Positions 16,313-26,074 of a stretch of DNA of 64,000 bases are shown in pieces; the first letter of the stretch is position 1, and every line of letters starts with the position of its first letter. The stretch lies in IMG/VR virus record IMGVR_UViG_3300029309_000007; one strand, written 5' to 3'. A model generated the notes under the pieces. That model had not been told where the DNA came from and made no database searches. It was given only the letters and a program-made list of their open reading frames with translations. This stretch comes from an uncultured virus (IMG/VR IMGVR_UViG_3300029309_000007) (taxonomy: Duplodnaviria; Heunggongvirae; Uroviricota; Caudoviricetes). Both the position numbers and the translations under genes were made by a program.

Positions 16313-17821
16313 ATGATTATTACTGGAGAAGAAGTAAAAGAAAAACTGCTAGCCGGTATTAACTTGGTAGCAAATACTGTTCAGCCGACCCTTGGCCCAC
16401 AAGCCAAAACTGTTATTTTGCAGGGAGAACCACCAATTATCATCAATGACGGAGTGACGATTGCTAAATATGTTTCAGATAAAGACCCTTATGTTCAAAT
16501 GGGAGTTCAAATGGTGCAGAATCTTTCTTCTAAGGCTCAGGAATTAAATGGCGATGGGACAACCACTTCTTGTATTATTGCCAGAGCATTGTGTGAAGCA
16601 ATCCATAAGCAGGATATTTACAATTTGCATACGCTTCGTAAAGAAATTGAAGAAGCACAAGAATGCGTTTTGTCTGCTCTTGAAGAATTAGCAAAGCCTG
16701 TGGATGATGATAATATTTTTGATATTGCTACTATTGCTGCAAATAACGATGATTATCTTGGGAAGTTGATTTGGCAGGCTTTAAATTCTGTCGGTCGTGA
16801 TGGAATCATTACTGTTGAAGAATCACCAAACTACAAAACGAACCTAATTGTTCGTGAAGGTTTAGAAATTGATGAAGGTTTCCTTAGTCATCTAATGGCG
16901 AATGGGGAGGATGGAAAGGCTACCTATGCCAATCCCTTGATTTTTACATCAAACCTCGACATTAGAAATTTCAACATGATTTTGCCAATGCTTGAATATG
17001 CTTCATCCGAAAACCGCCCACTGATTATTTTCTGTAAAGGAATGGAAGGTTCGGCCATGAACAATGTGGTAATGAATCTCCTACAAAAAACCGTTCAGGT
17101 TTGTGTGATTACAGCACCTAACTTTGGTGATGCTCAAATTGATGAATTAGGAGACATTGTGGCTACTGTTGGTGGTCGCTTATTTACTGATGAAAGCAAC
17201 GATGAGCCGGAAAGAATCACCCCTACGGAGTTTGGAACCTGTGATAGAATTATCGTTTCAAAAGAAAAAACTACGATTGTTGGTGGAACGGGAGATGTTT
17301 CTGAAAGAATAGCCATGCTTAAGAAAACCTTTGAAGATACCGAAGACAATTATGTGAAGGCTCGTTTGAAGAAGCGTGTTTCAATTTTGAATGGCGGTGT
17401 GGCTACAATTCAAATCGGTGCATCTTCGCAGATTCAAATGCGAGAAACAAAGGAAAGGTTAGATGATGCGCTTAATGCTACAAAAGCGGCTTTGGCTGAA
17501 GGCGTTATTGTTGGTGGAGGTCTTGGCCTACTGCTTGCGAGAAAGAATCTTAAACTTGAAAAGACAGGGCATAATATTGTCTATGATGCTTTGGATGAAC
17601 CTATCCGAGCATTACTTTCAAATAGCGGATTAAATCCATGCGAAGAAACATTAAAATACACGGATGAAATAGGATTCAATGCGCTTACGGGAAAATTCTC
17701 AAACCTTCTTGAAGGTGGTGTGATTGACCCCGTTAAGGTTGTTAAGGGAAGTTTCAATTGTGCGATTTCAATTGCGCTATTGTTCTTAACTACTGATGTT
17801 GCAGTATTGGTGGAGAAATAA
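16313..17821 (+). CDS. groEL: group I chaperonin GroEL
   Basis: TLGP, INDGVTIAK, GDGTTT, APNFGD, DDALNATKAA, GVIDPVKV. No GGM tail. Confidence 0.95.
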   Translation: MIITGEEVKEKLLAGINLVANTVQPTLGPQAKTVILQGEPPIIINDGVTIAKYVSDKDPYVQMGVQMVQNLSSKAQELNGDGTTTSCIIARALCEAIHKQDIYNLHTLRKEIEEAQECVLSALEELAKPVDDDNIFDIATIAANNDDYLGKLIWQALNSVGRDGIITVEESPNYKTNLIVREGLEIDEGFLSHLMANGEDGKATYANPLIFTSNLDIRNFNMILPMLEYASSENRPLIIFCKGMEGSAMNNVVMNLLQKTVQVCVITAPNFGDAQIDELGDIVATVGGRLFTDESNDEPERITPTEFGTCDRIIVSKEKTTIVGGTGDVSERIAMLKKTFEDTEDNYVKARLKKRVSILNGGVATIQIGASSQIQMRETKERLDDALNATKAALAEGVIVGGGLGLLLARKNLKLEKTGHNIVYDALDEPIRALLSNSGLNPCEETLKYTDEIGFNALTGKFSNLLEGGVIDPVKVVKGSFNCAISIALLFLTTDVAVLVEK

Positions 17822-17823
17822 AG

Positions 17824-18222
17824 ATGAAAAAAGCAATAACGGTGATTTTGCCAGCACCACACAAGGCTCAAATTAGATGTCCTGTTTGTGAAGGAAACAA
17901 ATGCAGGGTTTGTAAATTTACAGGTTCATTAAAAATTGATGTTGAGCCAAAAATACCTATTCAAAGGGCGCACATCATAAAATATGTAGTGGACAATATA
18001 CATGAGGTTGCAGGAGAAATAACAAGAATGTATAATCTTGTTCCTGAAATCAATACAAAAGAAGTTATTGCTTCGGAGTCTGCTCAGTATGAAATAGTTC
18101 AAATTTCAAGTCTGGGCGGAGTCTGTTGGGTAGTAAATCGTTTGGATAATTTAGAAATACCCAGATACTTTACATCAAGAAAAGAATTGATTAAATTTAA
18201 GGAGGATTTAAAAAATGAGTGA
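17824..18222 (+). CDS. zinc-finger protein
   Basis: CPVCEGNKCRVCKFTG. Confidence 0.65.
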   Translation: MKKAITVILPAPHKAQIRCPVCEGNKCRVCKFTGSLKIDVEPKIPIQRAHIIKYVVDNIHEVAGEITRMYNLVPEINTKEVIASESAQYEIVQISSLGGVCWVVNRLDNLEIPRYFTSRKELIKFKEDLKNE

Positions 18223-18421
18223 ATTGTATGCAATAGGACATATTGCAAGAAATGAAAGAGATGAAGTTATCATCAAAAAAGGCAAATATTGGAATGTTGA
18301 AGTCTTGGACATTCGGTGGTATTCTAACGATAAGCCATCAAGAAAAGGTATTCGTTTGAATATGGAAGAAGCAAAAAAACTATTGGAAATATTAAGGAGA
18401 GAAATAGATGACGAAAATTAG
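18215..18421 (+). CDS. PC4/YdbC-like ssDNA-binding protein
   Basis: VLDIRWY..KPSRKGIRLNMEE. Confidence 0.8.
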   Translation: MSELYAIGHIARNERDEVIIKKGKYWNVEVLDIRWYSNDKPSRKGIRLNMEEAKKLLEILRREIDDEN

Positions 18422-18677
18422 TGAATTACAGGCAAAGAAGGCTTTGAGAAATGCAAACCCTAAGCGACAGTATGGTTATGGCGCAGTTTCAAAGTTTAAA
18501 GTGAATGCAGGAAAAATGGTTGATTTGATGGCTATTTACATTGAACAGAGAATGCCACTTCCACCGAATAGTGGAAAGGGATGTCGTGTTCAACCACACC
18601 ATGTTGAATCATATTTTGCTGAAATTGAAAATGCAATTATGAAATTGTTTTTGCCAAAGATTGAGGAGGAAGAATAA
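18408..18677 (+). CDS. putative divergent histone-fold protein
   Basis: Short helix, loop, long helix, then RVQPHHV at the L2/alpha3 position. Confidence 0.5.
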   Translation: MTKISELQAKKALRNANPKRQYGYGAVSKFKVNAGKMVDLMAIYIEQRMPLPPNSGKGCRVQPHHVESYFAEIENAIMKLFLPKIEEEE

Positions 18678-18916
18678 TGGGAACTGAAATTAACGGAATG
18701 GATTTCATGGAATGGATGGTTGCCTTTGAAAGGCAAAGGAACCATATGCACCAAGTTATTGCAGAAACTCTTGGTGAAAGTGTTGAAAAAGTCAAGAACG
18801 ATATAGATAATATGACTCATATTGCTCGTTTATATCAAGAAGGCAAAATTTCAGAGGAAGAATTTACCCGTTTAATGACTCAAGAGTTTCCTGAATTAAT
18901 GGAGGAAGAAGAATGA
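18677..18916 (+). CDS. hypothetical protein
   Basis: Coupled ORF with RBS. Confidence 0.6.
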   Translation: MGTEINGMDFMEWMVAFERQRNHMHQVIAETLGESVEKVKNDIDNMTHIARLYQEGKISEEEFTRLMTQEFPELMEEEE

Positions 18917-19371
18917 TTCTTGGAGATACTATGTCTCATTTGGCTAAAGCCACTACAGACGATAAACTTTTCAATAAATGGGTATTGGAGAAAAAAGCGT
19001 GTTTAGATAAAGACTATCTTCCACGCTTCTCTAAAGAATTATCATCCGTTAAAAAATTGAGAAAGGAGGCAAAGAAAAAAAAGCAAGACAATGGTTTTAG
19101 CGAGCATATGATTCTTGTTTTTCTTTTCTATTGGGAAATGCGAGATGATATGCGAGTCGAAACTTATGGGCTAATGATGGCCCATAGCATAATCATGCTG
19201 ATGCAAGAAACTTCAGCGTTTATGCCCAAGGAATTAGGAGAAGCCTTAAGAAATTTTGATTTCTTAAAAATCTTCATGCATTGGCAAAATTCGGTTTTTG
19301 GTATTGCAGAAATGGAAAAATTAAATGGAAGTGAAAATAATGATGTGGAAAACAGTAGCGAATTTGCTTGA
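18913..19371 (+). CDS. hypothetical protein
   Basis: Coupled ORF with RBS. Confidence 0.6.
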   Translation: MILGDTMSHLAKATTDDKLFNKWVLEKKACLDKDYLPRFSKELSSVKKLRKEAKKKKQDNGFSEHMILVFLFYWEMRDDMRVETYGLMMAHSIIMLMQETSAFMPKELGEALRNFDFLKIFMHWQNSVFGIAEMEKLNGSENNDVENSSEFA

Positions 19372-20908
19372 AGCAACAGATGGAAAAACTCCTACGGTTC
19401 AAGGGAAGATGATTTGTAGCGCAGTTGAAAAATACCGAGATGCGGGAAATTATCACGAAATGGGAATATTTTGGAAAGTTCTTGCTCTTGACTTTGAATC
19501 AAATGATATTGCAGAGAAGAAAGCAATTAAGTGGATGGAAGATATTTTTGGTGTTCACGAAGAAGAAATGGAAACTGCCGTCTATGTGCATGATGATTTG
19601 GGAGAAGCAGTTTATTATTTAGATACAGGCGCAGAATCAAAGGGAATAACTCTTGCTACTGTTAATAAAAATTTGGCCCTTAAATGTGGAAACCGAGATA
19701 ACTTTGAAATCATATCATATGCAATCCATAACATGGATGCAATAGAAAGAAAATGGTTTATTCGATATTGGTTGCGAAAGCCACGAAACGGCATCTCAAG
19801 AGGTAATGTCCTCAAATTCATGGCTAAATACTATAGGCAGAAGTTATCCGAAGTTAAAAAAGATGCAAACCATAATCATATTTATGCTTTGGCTTGCTAC
19901 TATCAGACCAATACTATCCCAAATAGAGACTTACGATATGGTAAATTCATTAAGCCAATGTTGGCAAAAGAAGCACCTAAGAGCAAATGGCCTAGAAAGT
20001 ATATTGTGGACTACAAATATGACGGAAACCGTTATCAAATCCACAAAGCAGGACTTAACATTATGATTTACAATAGAAAGGGAAAAATTGTCACGAAGCA
20101 ATTTCCTGATATTGTAGAAATAATTAAGAAATATTCTGTTGATGAAGCAATTTTTGACGGTGAAATTTATCCAATCAATCCAGACGGCTCACCGGCAGAA
20201 CACAAAAAGATGGGAACAAGAGTTCATTCAAAGGATGTTCAGAACGCCATTGAGCGTGTCCCTGTGGCTTGGGTAATGTTTGATTGTCTCAAGTGGGAGA
20301 AGGAAACTTTGACGGAAATGCCGTTCTCACAACGCTTGAAATTCTTTGAACATCTGCCTAACCAAGCACACCGAATGCCTATCCAAAATTGGAACAATGT
20401 TTTGAATGATGCCGAGGCAATCATGCTTTTTTATGATGAAGCAATCCGTAATGGTTTTGAAGGAATCATTATCAAAGACGCTGATTTGATTTACGAGGCA
20501 GGAAAGCGAAGCAAAGGATGGGTTAAATATAAGCCACCAACTGTTGAATTAGATGTTGTCGTTCTTTCAGTTTCGTATGGAACAGGAAACCGACAAAATG
20601 TTTTCGGAACCTATGAAATCGGAGTTAAATCGGAGGACGGTTTTACTAGCATTGGAAAGGTTGGCACTGGATTTAGCGATGCAGATTTGGTTTATCTTAC
20701 TGATAAACTTCAGAAGCAAATTATTAGTCGCAAAGATGGAGTTTATACGGTTAATCCCGTTGTAATCTTAGAAGTGAAGTCGGATTTGGTTAGCCAAGAC
20801 GCAAAGGGGAATATAGGGTTAAGGTTCCCAAGAATGAATAGAATCCGTGAAGATAAATTTGTGGAGGATATTGATACCCTAGAAACAGTAATGGAGAAAT
20901 TAAAATGA
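19340..20908 (+). CDS. lig: ATP-dependent DNA ligase
   Basis: KPMLA, DYKYDGNR, IFDGEI, EGIIIK, WVKYK, VGTGFSD, LRFPR..IREDK. Confidence 0.95.
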   Translation: MMWKTVANLLEATDGKTPTVQGKMICSAVEKYRDAGNYHEMGIFWKVLALDFESNDIAEKKAIKWMEDIFGVHEEEMETAVYVHDDLGEAVYYLDTGAESKGITLATVNKNLALKCGNRDNFEIISYAIHNMDAIERKWFIRYWLRKPRNGISRGNVLKFMAKYYRQKLSEVKKDANHNHIYALACYYQTNTIPNRDLRYGKFIKPMLAKEAPKSKWPRKYIVDYKYDGNRYQIHKAGLNIMIYNRKGKIVTKQFPDIVEIIKKYSVDEAIFDGEIYPINPDGSPAEHKKMGTRVHSKDVQNAIERVPVAWVMFDCLKWEKETLTEMPFSQRLKFFEHLPNQAHRMPIQNWNNVLNDAEAIMLFYDEAIRNGFEGIIIKDADLIYEAGKRSKGWVKYKPPTVELDVVVLSVSYGTGNRQNVFGTYEIGVKSEDGFTSIGKVGTGFSDADLVYLTDKLQKQIISRKDGVYTVNPVVILEVKSDLVSQDAKGNIGLRFPRMNRIREDKFVEDIDTLETVMEKLK

Positions 20909-21291
20909 CATGGAAGCCACACTATTATGCAGATGAATCTGGAAAAGTTAGAAAAATTTCAGATATGGATAGAAAACAAATATCTCGTGCTATTCCGCGT
21001 ATATACGCAGAGTTTAAATGTAGGCACAAACAATTGTTTGGGCTACATGAAAGGCTTTTTCGACTAAGAAAGGAAAAAGATGCAAATGTTCGTTTAACTG
21101 ATACCAACGCTAAGATTCTTGAGCAGTTTAAATTTAAGGAAACTCAAACTCCTTATATGGAAATGAAAAAAGAAAATGACAGGCTCAAAACTATTCTCGG
21201 CTTGGCTCTTGAGAATATTTCAAATGAAAATTTGTTGATGGTGGAGAACATTTTGAAGAACGCATTTGTAGGAGATGAAGAAAATGATTGA
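20905..21291 (+). CDS. hypothetical protein
   Basis: Coupled ORF. Confidence 0.6.
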   Translation: MTWKPHYYADESGKVRKISDMDRKQISRAIPRIYAEFKCRHKQLFGLHERLFRLRKEKDANVRLTDTNAKILEQFKFKETQTPYMEMKKENDRLKTILGLALENISNENLLMVENILKNAFVGDEEND

Positions 21292-21751
21292 AGTAGGAAA
21301 ATTGACTGTTATTGATTTTATCACATATACTTGTTTAAAGATAGAAGATGGAAAAGCACACTTGAAAGACATTACTTCTACCCAAGGAAGACCTAAAGTT
21401 ATGGATGTAAGATATGTTCCGTATTTTACAGATGATGGTTTAGTCGTTCCAGAAAAGCCAGAATTGAAGGTAGTTAAGATTCCCTCCAAGATAAATGTTC
21501 GCAAAGTTCTTAAGGGTGAAACCGATATGCCCTTCACGAATGATGTTGTCCGTTTCATTGTAGAGTGGGCGGAAACTGCTATTTCTTCAATGGTTTCTTG
21601 GGCAGAAGAAAATGCGAAAAGAGAAGGACATTCCAAAATTAGAGCAGGGCATTTTTATTGGTGGAGTCTTCATCCAAATCAAGAAACAACTGGATATTGG
21701 CCTGAACAAAATGGATATGCAAGTAGGGATATTTATGAGCGAAGTGAGTAA
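21275..21751 (+). CDS. protein with a C-terminal histone fold
   Basis: IPSKINVRKVLK..PFTNDVVRFIVEWAETAISSMVSWAEENAKREGHSKIRAGHF resembles the archaeal histone AKHAGRKTIKAED pattern. Confidence 0.7.
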   Translation: MKKMIEVGKLTVIDFITYTCLKIEDGKAHLKDITSTQGRPKVMDVRYVPYFTDDGLVVPEKPELKVVKIPSKINVRKVLKGETDMPFTNDVVRFIVEWAETAISSMVSWAEENAKREGHSKIRAGHFYWWSLHPNQETTGYWPEQNGYASRDIYERSE

Positions 21752-22103
21752 ATTTGTTTCTGAAAATGGGCCATCTACTGTATTTTCATTTAAGGTTTTT
21801 ACAGAGCCAACAGAAATGGATTTGAATATCATAAGAACTGGAATTTCTATGTACCTTTATTTTTATGAAGCAGGAGAAATTTCCGTGGAAAATGAAAAGG
21901 CTGTTCTTTGCATTGTTGAAGAAATAGATGAAGAGTTAGCAGATATTATTCAGGATTATAGAGGCTATGTTTTAAATGTTCTTCTTCCTATCACAGAAGA
22001 AAAACTTGTTGAAAGATTTATGAAAGAGATTTCTTATTCTCTTAACTTTCTAAAATTAAAAAATGAACCTATGGGATTCAAGGAAGTGGTCGATAATGTA
22101 TAG
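21735..22103 (+). CDS. hypothetical acidic protein
   Basis: Track ORF 21612..22103; likely start is MSEVSK. Confidence 0.55.
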   Translation: MSEVSKFVSENGPSTVFSFKVFTEPTEMDLNIIRTGISMYLYFYEAGEISVENEKAVLCIVEEIDEELADIIQDYRGYVLNVLLPITEEKLVERFMKEISYSLNFLKLKNEPMGFKEVVDNV

Positions 22104-22494
22104 TAAAGATATGCTTATTGGTATTTTGCTTTCTCTTGGAAGAACAGATGTTTTGATAGAAAGAGTCTCTAACTCTTCCATAGGTTATAGAACAAGAATA
22201 AGAATCGCTATTCGAGGAAACATTGATTTTTTGGGAGCAATAGAGAGAAGTCTCTCCCAGCATGAAATTAAATCAAAAGTATATGAAATGGAATCAGCAG
22301 GTAGGCCACGACCAATATTAAGAATAAGTGGAAATATTAACCTATTTAAATTAATGGGATTGATACCGGACTATCTACCGGACAGTAAAGGAGAATTAGA
22401 AATGTTTAGAGAAATCGTAAATATCGTAGCAAACAAAGAACACTTGACCTTAGATGGATTTAATCGTATCTTAGAAATCAAGGGGATGATTTAG
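22096..22494 (+). CDS. LAGLIDADG-fold protein, probably nuclease-inactive
   Basis: LIGILLSLG..IGYRTRIRIAI..FLGAI..HLTLDGFNRILEIK. The catalytic acidic residue is absent. Confidence 0.65.
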   Translation: MYSKDMLIGILLSLGRTDVLIERVSNSSIGYRTRIRIAIRGNIDFLGAIERSLSQHEIKSKVYEMESAGRPRPILRISGNINLFKLMGLIPDYLPDSKGELEMFREIVNIVANKEHLTLDGFNRILEIKGMI

Positions 22495-23348
22495 TGGGGT
22501 TCACAAACCTCAAAAAAATTAGACCAATTCTTTTAACAGGAAAAGCGGGAACGGGAAAATCAACAAAGGCTAAGACCTTTCCTAACCTTCTTAACCCTGT
22601 GGTCGTTTATGCAAATGAAATGGATATTGATTGGAAATCTGTTCCTATTACTACCGGAATTATCATTGAAGATGTCCACTACAAACCAAAAAAGGATTCT
22701 ATTCTTACGCTCCTTAGAAGGTATCGGGGCCAAGTGATATTAACATCAATCAATGAAAAAAGCGTCCCAAAAGAAATAAAATCAATGTGTCAAATAAAAA
22801 GAGCAGGTTCAAAACAATGGTCGCAAATTCGTATCAAAGAATTGGCTCCTCGTTGTGAAGAACCGCTAAACATTGATGTAGATACTTATTCATTAGTGAT
22901 GAAATACCTCAAAGAAACAGACCGTGATTTGGTCATGGAGTTATTGAAAGTGAATAAACCTTCTGATACTCAAATTTTGACTTGGCTCGTTGAAAACATG
23001 CACCCTAACAAATTAATTTTTGTTGATGGTGTCGTCAAGAGAAGGTGGGGCCAAGATTATTTCTATGAGATGTTAGCCTATGCTCACTCTGGAAATACTT
23101 ATGGTAGATTGAATATGCCAAAAAGAGGAACCTATTCCAAGATACCTTCTTTGTTAAGAAGACTTGGAATTAAGAACGCAGACCTTCGTATCTTTAAACA
23201 AATGAAAAAAGATGAGGCGTTTGTAAAATATGCCAAAACCAAGTTAAACAATGGTGATTGTAGAATTCTTGGTCTTGGAGAAAAGAAAAGAAGAAAAAAG
23301 ACAGACCCGATTAGAGTAAAGCAAAATTCTTTGGAGGACTTTATATGA
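22494..23348 (+). CDS. RFC large-subunit-like clamp loader ATPase
   Basis: ILLTGKAGTGKS and IIIEDVH; near RFC-S. Confidence 0.65.
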   Translation: MGFTNLKKIRPILLTGKAGTGKSTKAKTFPNLLNPVVVYANEMDIDWKSVPITTGIIIEDVHYKPKKDSILTLLRRYRGQVILTSINEKSVPKEIKSMCQIKRAGSKQWSQIRIKELAPRCEEPLNIDVDTYSLVMKYLKETDRDLVMELLKVNKPSDTQILTWLVENMHPNKLIFVDGVVKRRWGQDYFYEMLAYAHSGNTYGRLNMPKRGTYSKIPSLLRRLGIKNADLRIFKQMKKDEAFVKYAKTKLNNGDCRILGLGEKKRRKKTDPIRVKQNSLEDFI

Positions 23349-23605
23349 TGGAAAAAAGAAAAAAACAAATACCAAACAGAATTAAAAGATTCCTAAAAGG
23401 AAAGGTTCTAACAACAAGTCAAATACATTCTAAATTGTTAGATACAAAATCTATTGCTGGCGGTGGCAGATTAAAACCGTATAGAAATACACCCTCAAAA
23501 CAAGCGGTTAGTTCTATACTTTCTGCTCCTTGGCATGGATTTACCAGATTAACAGATAAAGGAGTTTATCCTGCTCTATGGACTTATGAGGGGGAAGAAG
23601 AATGA
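23345..23605 (+). CDS. winged-HTH-like protein
   Basis: LTTSQIHSKL..PSKQAVSSIL..W. Confidence 0.55.
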   Translation: MMEKRKKQIPNRIKRFLKGKVLTTSQIHSKLLDTKSIAGGGRLKPYRNTPSKQAVSSILSAPWHGFTRLTDKGVYPALWTYEGEEE

Positions 23606-23817
23606 AAACAGTAATGAAAGAAGCAAAGAGAATTATTAGAGAAGAAGGGCCAATGACGGCACTTGCATTAAAAGACCGCTTATTGGAAATGGAAGGATAT
23701 GTTAGAATGACTCGTATAACTACAAACAGGTTAGCACAAATGCTTAAAAGAAAACCATTTGCGGTGCATGAAAAACTATCCGACCACACTAAAGTATATA
23801 TAATTATGGAGGAATAA
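23602..23817 (+). CDS. winged-HTH-like protein
   Basis: GPMTALALKDRL..TTNRLAQML. Confidence 0.55.
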   Translation: MKTVMKEAKRIIREEGPMTALALKDRLLEMEGYVRMTRITTNRLAQMLKRKPFAVHEKLSDHTKVYIIMEE

Positions 23818-23819
23818 AA

Positions 23820-24734
23820 ATGTTATGGACAGAAAAATATAGACCAACAAAATTAAGCGAAATTGTAGGGCAAGAACACTTTACAATGGATGCAGAAACA
23901 TGGATTGAAGAAAACAATATGCCTAATGTACTAATGTACGGTAATGCGGGGCTTGGTAAAACTGCCGCCGCAGTTGCTTTAGCAAGGTCATTATTAGGTG
24001 ATAACTTCAAAGATAACTTTTATGAGTTAAATGCTTCTGATGATAGAAGACTTGAAACAGTAAGAACCACAATTAAAGAAGTGGCCCAAAGTAAAACATT
24101 GGGTGGTAGTGCTTTCCGTATTCTTCTTCTTGATGAGATGGGCGGAATGACAAAAGATGCTCAAAATTCATTGAAGAGAATCATGGAAAGATATGCAGAT
24201 AATATTCGTTTTATTATTACCTGCAACGATAGAAATAAAATCATCTATCCACTTCAAAGCAGGTGTGCAAATTATCGTTTCAGGCCACTCTCCAATGAAG
24301 CCATGATTGAAGTATTACAATCAATCATTCAAAAAGAGAGTTTGAGGGCATTTAGTGATGATGAATTGTTGTCCTTTATATATGACCTAAATGGTGATAT
24401 GCGTAGGGCAATCACTGAATTACAAGCGGCTAAAGCGAGCAACTACACATTGTCTAAACAAATAGAAGAATCAAACAAAGAATATGCAAATATTATGCAA
24501 TTAGTTATTGAACCCAATCATACAAAAGCCCTAACCACTCTCCATCAAATGCTTTATGATGGACGCTCGGTTAAGGAGATATGCAACGGATTGCACAATA
24601 CTTTACTTAACATGGAAGGTTTAGAAGTCGGATTGAAATTTAAATTTTTGCGTGTTATAGGAGAAACAGAATGGCGTTCCCCGACCATGACCCCAAGAGT
24701 AATTTTATCTTGGATGGTAGGACAGTTAATCTGA
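23820..24734 (+). CDS. rfcS: replication factor C small subunit
   Basis: LWTEKYRP, GNAGLGKT, ELNASDDR, LLDE, LQSRC, GDMRRAI. Confidence 0.95.
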   Translation: MLWTEKYRPTKLSEIVGQEHFTMDAETWIEENNMPNVLMYGNAGLGKTAAAVALARSLLGDNFKDNFYELNASDDRRLETVRTTIKEVAQSKTLGGSAFRILLLDEMGGMTKDAQNSLKRIMERYADNIRFIITCNDRNKIIYPLQSRCANYRFRPLSNEAMIEVLQSIIQKESLRAFSDDELLSFIYDLNGDMRRAITELQAAKASNYTLSKQIEESNKEYANIMQLVIEPNHTKALTTLHQMLYDGRSVKEICNGLHNTLLNMEGLEVGLKFKFLRVIGETEWRSPTMTPRVILSWMVGQLI

Positions 24735-24780
24735 GGGGAAAACAAAAAAACAAAAAAACAAAACAAAAGGAAGTGAAAAA

Positions 24781-25992
24781 ATGGAAGAAAAAATAAAGAC
24801 AGCAATTGAAAAGAGTCTGCAATATCTGAATGTCTCTTTTGATGAAGCACATCAAAAGTTCGTCAGTATTTGTGAAGAAAATAATGTCGGACAAGAAGAA
24901 CCTTTGGCTTTGAGCCTTTGGCGAAATTATGTCTCTCAAGGCATTAAGGCAAGTAAGCGTGGAAACAACAATCAAGGAAACGACTCCTTGACAAAGCAAG
25001 TTTTTGGTGCTTTTATTGCCCTTGAAGCACCAAGAGATATGATGGCATGGAACCGAACAAAAGCAATAGAAGAACATATCCGTGATTCGGACAAAGCCCT
25101 TCAAGAAGGAATTGTTGCGGTGGCTACTGAAAACGCTTTGGGTAAGTGGACTATTTCTCGGTATTTCAAAGGCGATTACCAAGAAAAGGTCGTAAATGAC
25201 TTACCGGAAGGTGCGGAAGAAGTTGCCGGTGAAATGGTTATTCCTCTTGATTCTACGGAACGCTACATGAATGGTGGAGAAAACAGAAATTTCGGTAAGC
25301 CCCTACCAAAAGAACAATTCCGCCGAAGCGGTATTTTCTATGGTTCTATCAATGGAGGAGATTTTTCTGTATATCAATTCTCATATAAGAATCAAGGCGG
25401 CATAGATTTCCAACCAAAGACATTTGATTGGGTGCATTTTACTGCGATTCCAAGCGAAGATGGAAAGAACATCTATGGTATGACTGACATTACTCTTAAA
25501 ACTTTGATTCGCAACGATGATTTAGACCCTGAAAATTCAGCCTACCGAAACATGGGACACTTTAATTTCCAAGACTTGCTGGTTGAATCTTTTAACAACA
25601 ATGTTTGTGCATTGGTTGATGTTGATAGAAAGCACATTGAAATGCAGACTCTCCCATCAAGAGAGCGTTTTGTTATTACTGATGGAACTGTGTGCAATAT
25701 GAATATGACACCAACCTCAAATGGAAACCGTATTTTAAACATCACTGATTTGAATGCAGAATTTGACTATGAAAATGAAGCAGGAATGACCACTTGCTGG
25801 ATTCCTGAGCATTTGGATATTGACTTTGGTATTGGTTCTAATATCATTGTTATTGGAAGAACCTCTCAAAGAATTATTGATGGTGAAGCAGACCCAGTGA
25901 CAATTAATGTGTCATCTATTCTAATTACAGAAAAACGCGGTTCTCCTGTTGAATCAGTTCAACCTGTGGAGGAAAACTACGATTGGTTCTGA
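24781..25992 (+). CDS. RPA-like OB-fold ssDNA-binding protein
   Basis: C-terminal OB-like region (ITDGTV..LNITD..FGIGSNIIVIGRT), acidic-aromatic tail EENYDWF, replisome context. Confidence 0.65.
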   Translation: MEEKIKTAIEKSLQYLNVSFDEAHQKFVSICEENNVGQEEPLALSLWRNYVSQGIKASKRGNNNQGNDSLTKQVFGAFIALEAPRDMMAWNRTKAIEEHIRDSDKALQEGIVAVATENALGKWTISRYFKGDYQEKVVNDLPEGAEEVAGEMVIPLDSTERYMNGGENRNFGKPLPKEQFRRSGIFYGSINGGDFSVYQFSYKNQGGIDFQPKTFDWVHFTAIPSEDGKNIYGMTDITLKTLIRNDDLDPENSAYRNMGHFNFQDLLVESFNNNVCALVDVDRKHIEMQTLPSRERFVITDGTVCNMNMTPTSNGNRILNITDLNAEFDYENEAGMTTCWIPEHLDIDFGIGSNIIVIGRTSQRIIDGEADPVTINVSSILITEKRGSPVESVQPVEENYDWF

Positions 25993-26013
25993 TTCCCTCT
26001 CTTATGGGAAGCC

Positions 26014-26060
26014 GTGTAAATGTTGGCGGCAGAATGACATTCAAGTAGGTGCGAAGCCTA
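26014..26060 (+). ncRNA. putative structured cis-RNA motif, copy 3
   Basis: GTGTA-AATGTT-9nt-ATGACATT-CAAG-TAGGTGCGAAGCCTA. Confidence 0.55.
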
Positions 26061-26074
26061 TAAAGGTGATTCAT

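Noticed and set aside
4444..24734. Many early proteins end in ..EE/EEE, suggesting a shared C-terminal tag or degron
   Set aside because: This is explained by the GGAGGAA(GAA) RBS of the next, translationally coupled gene overlapping the final codons.
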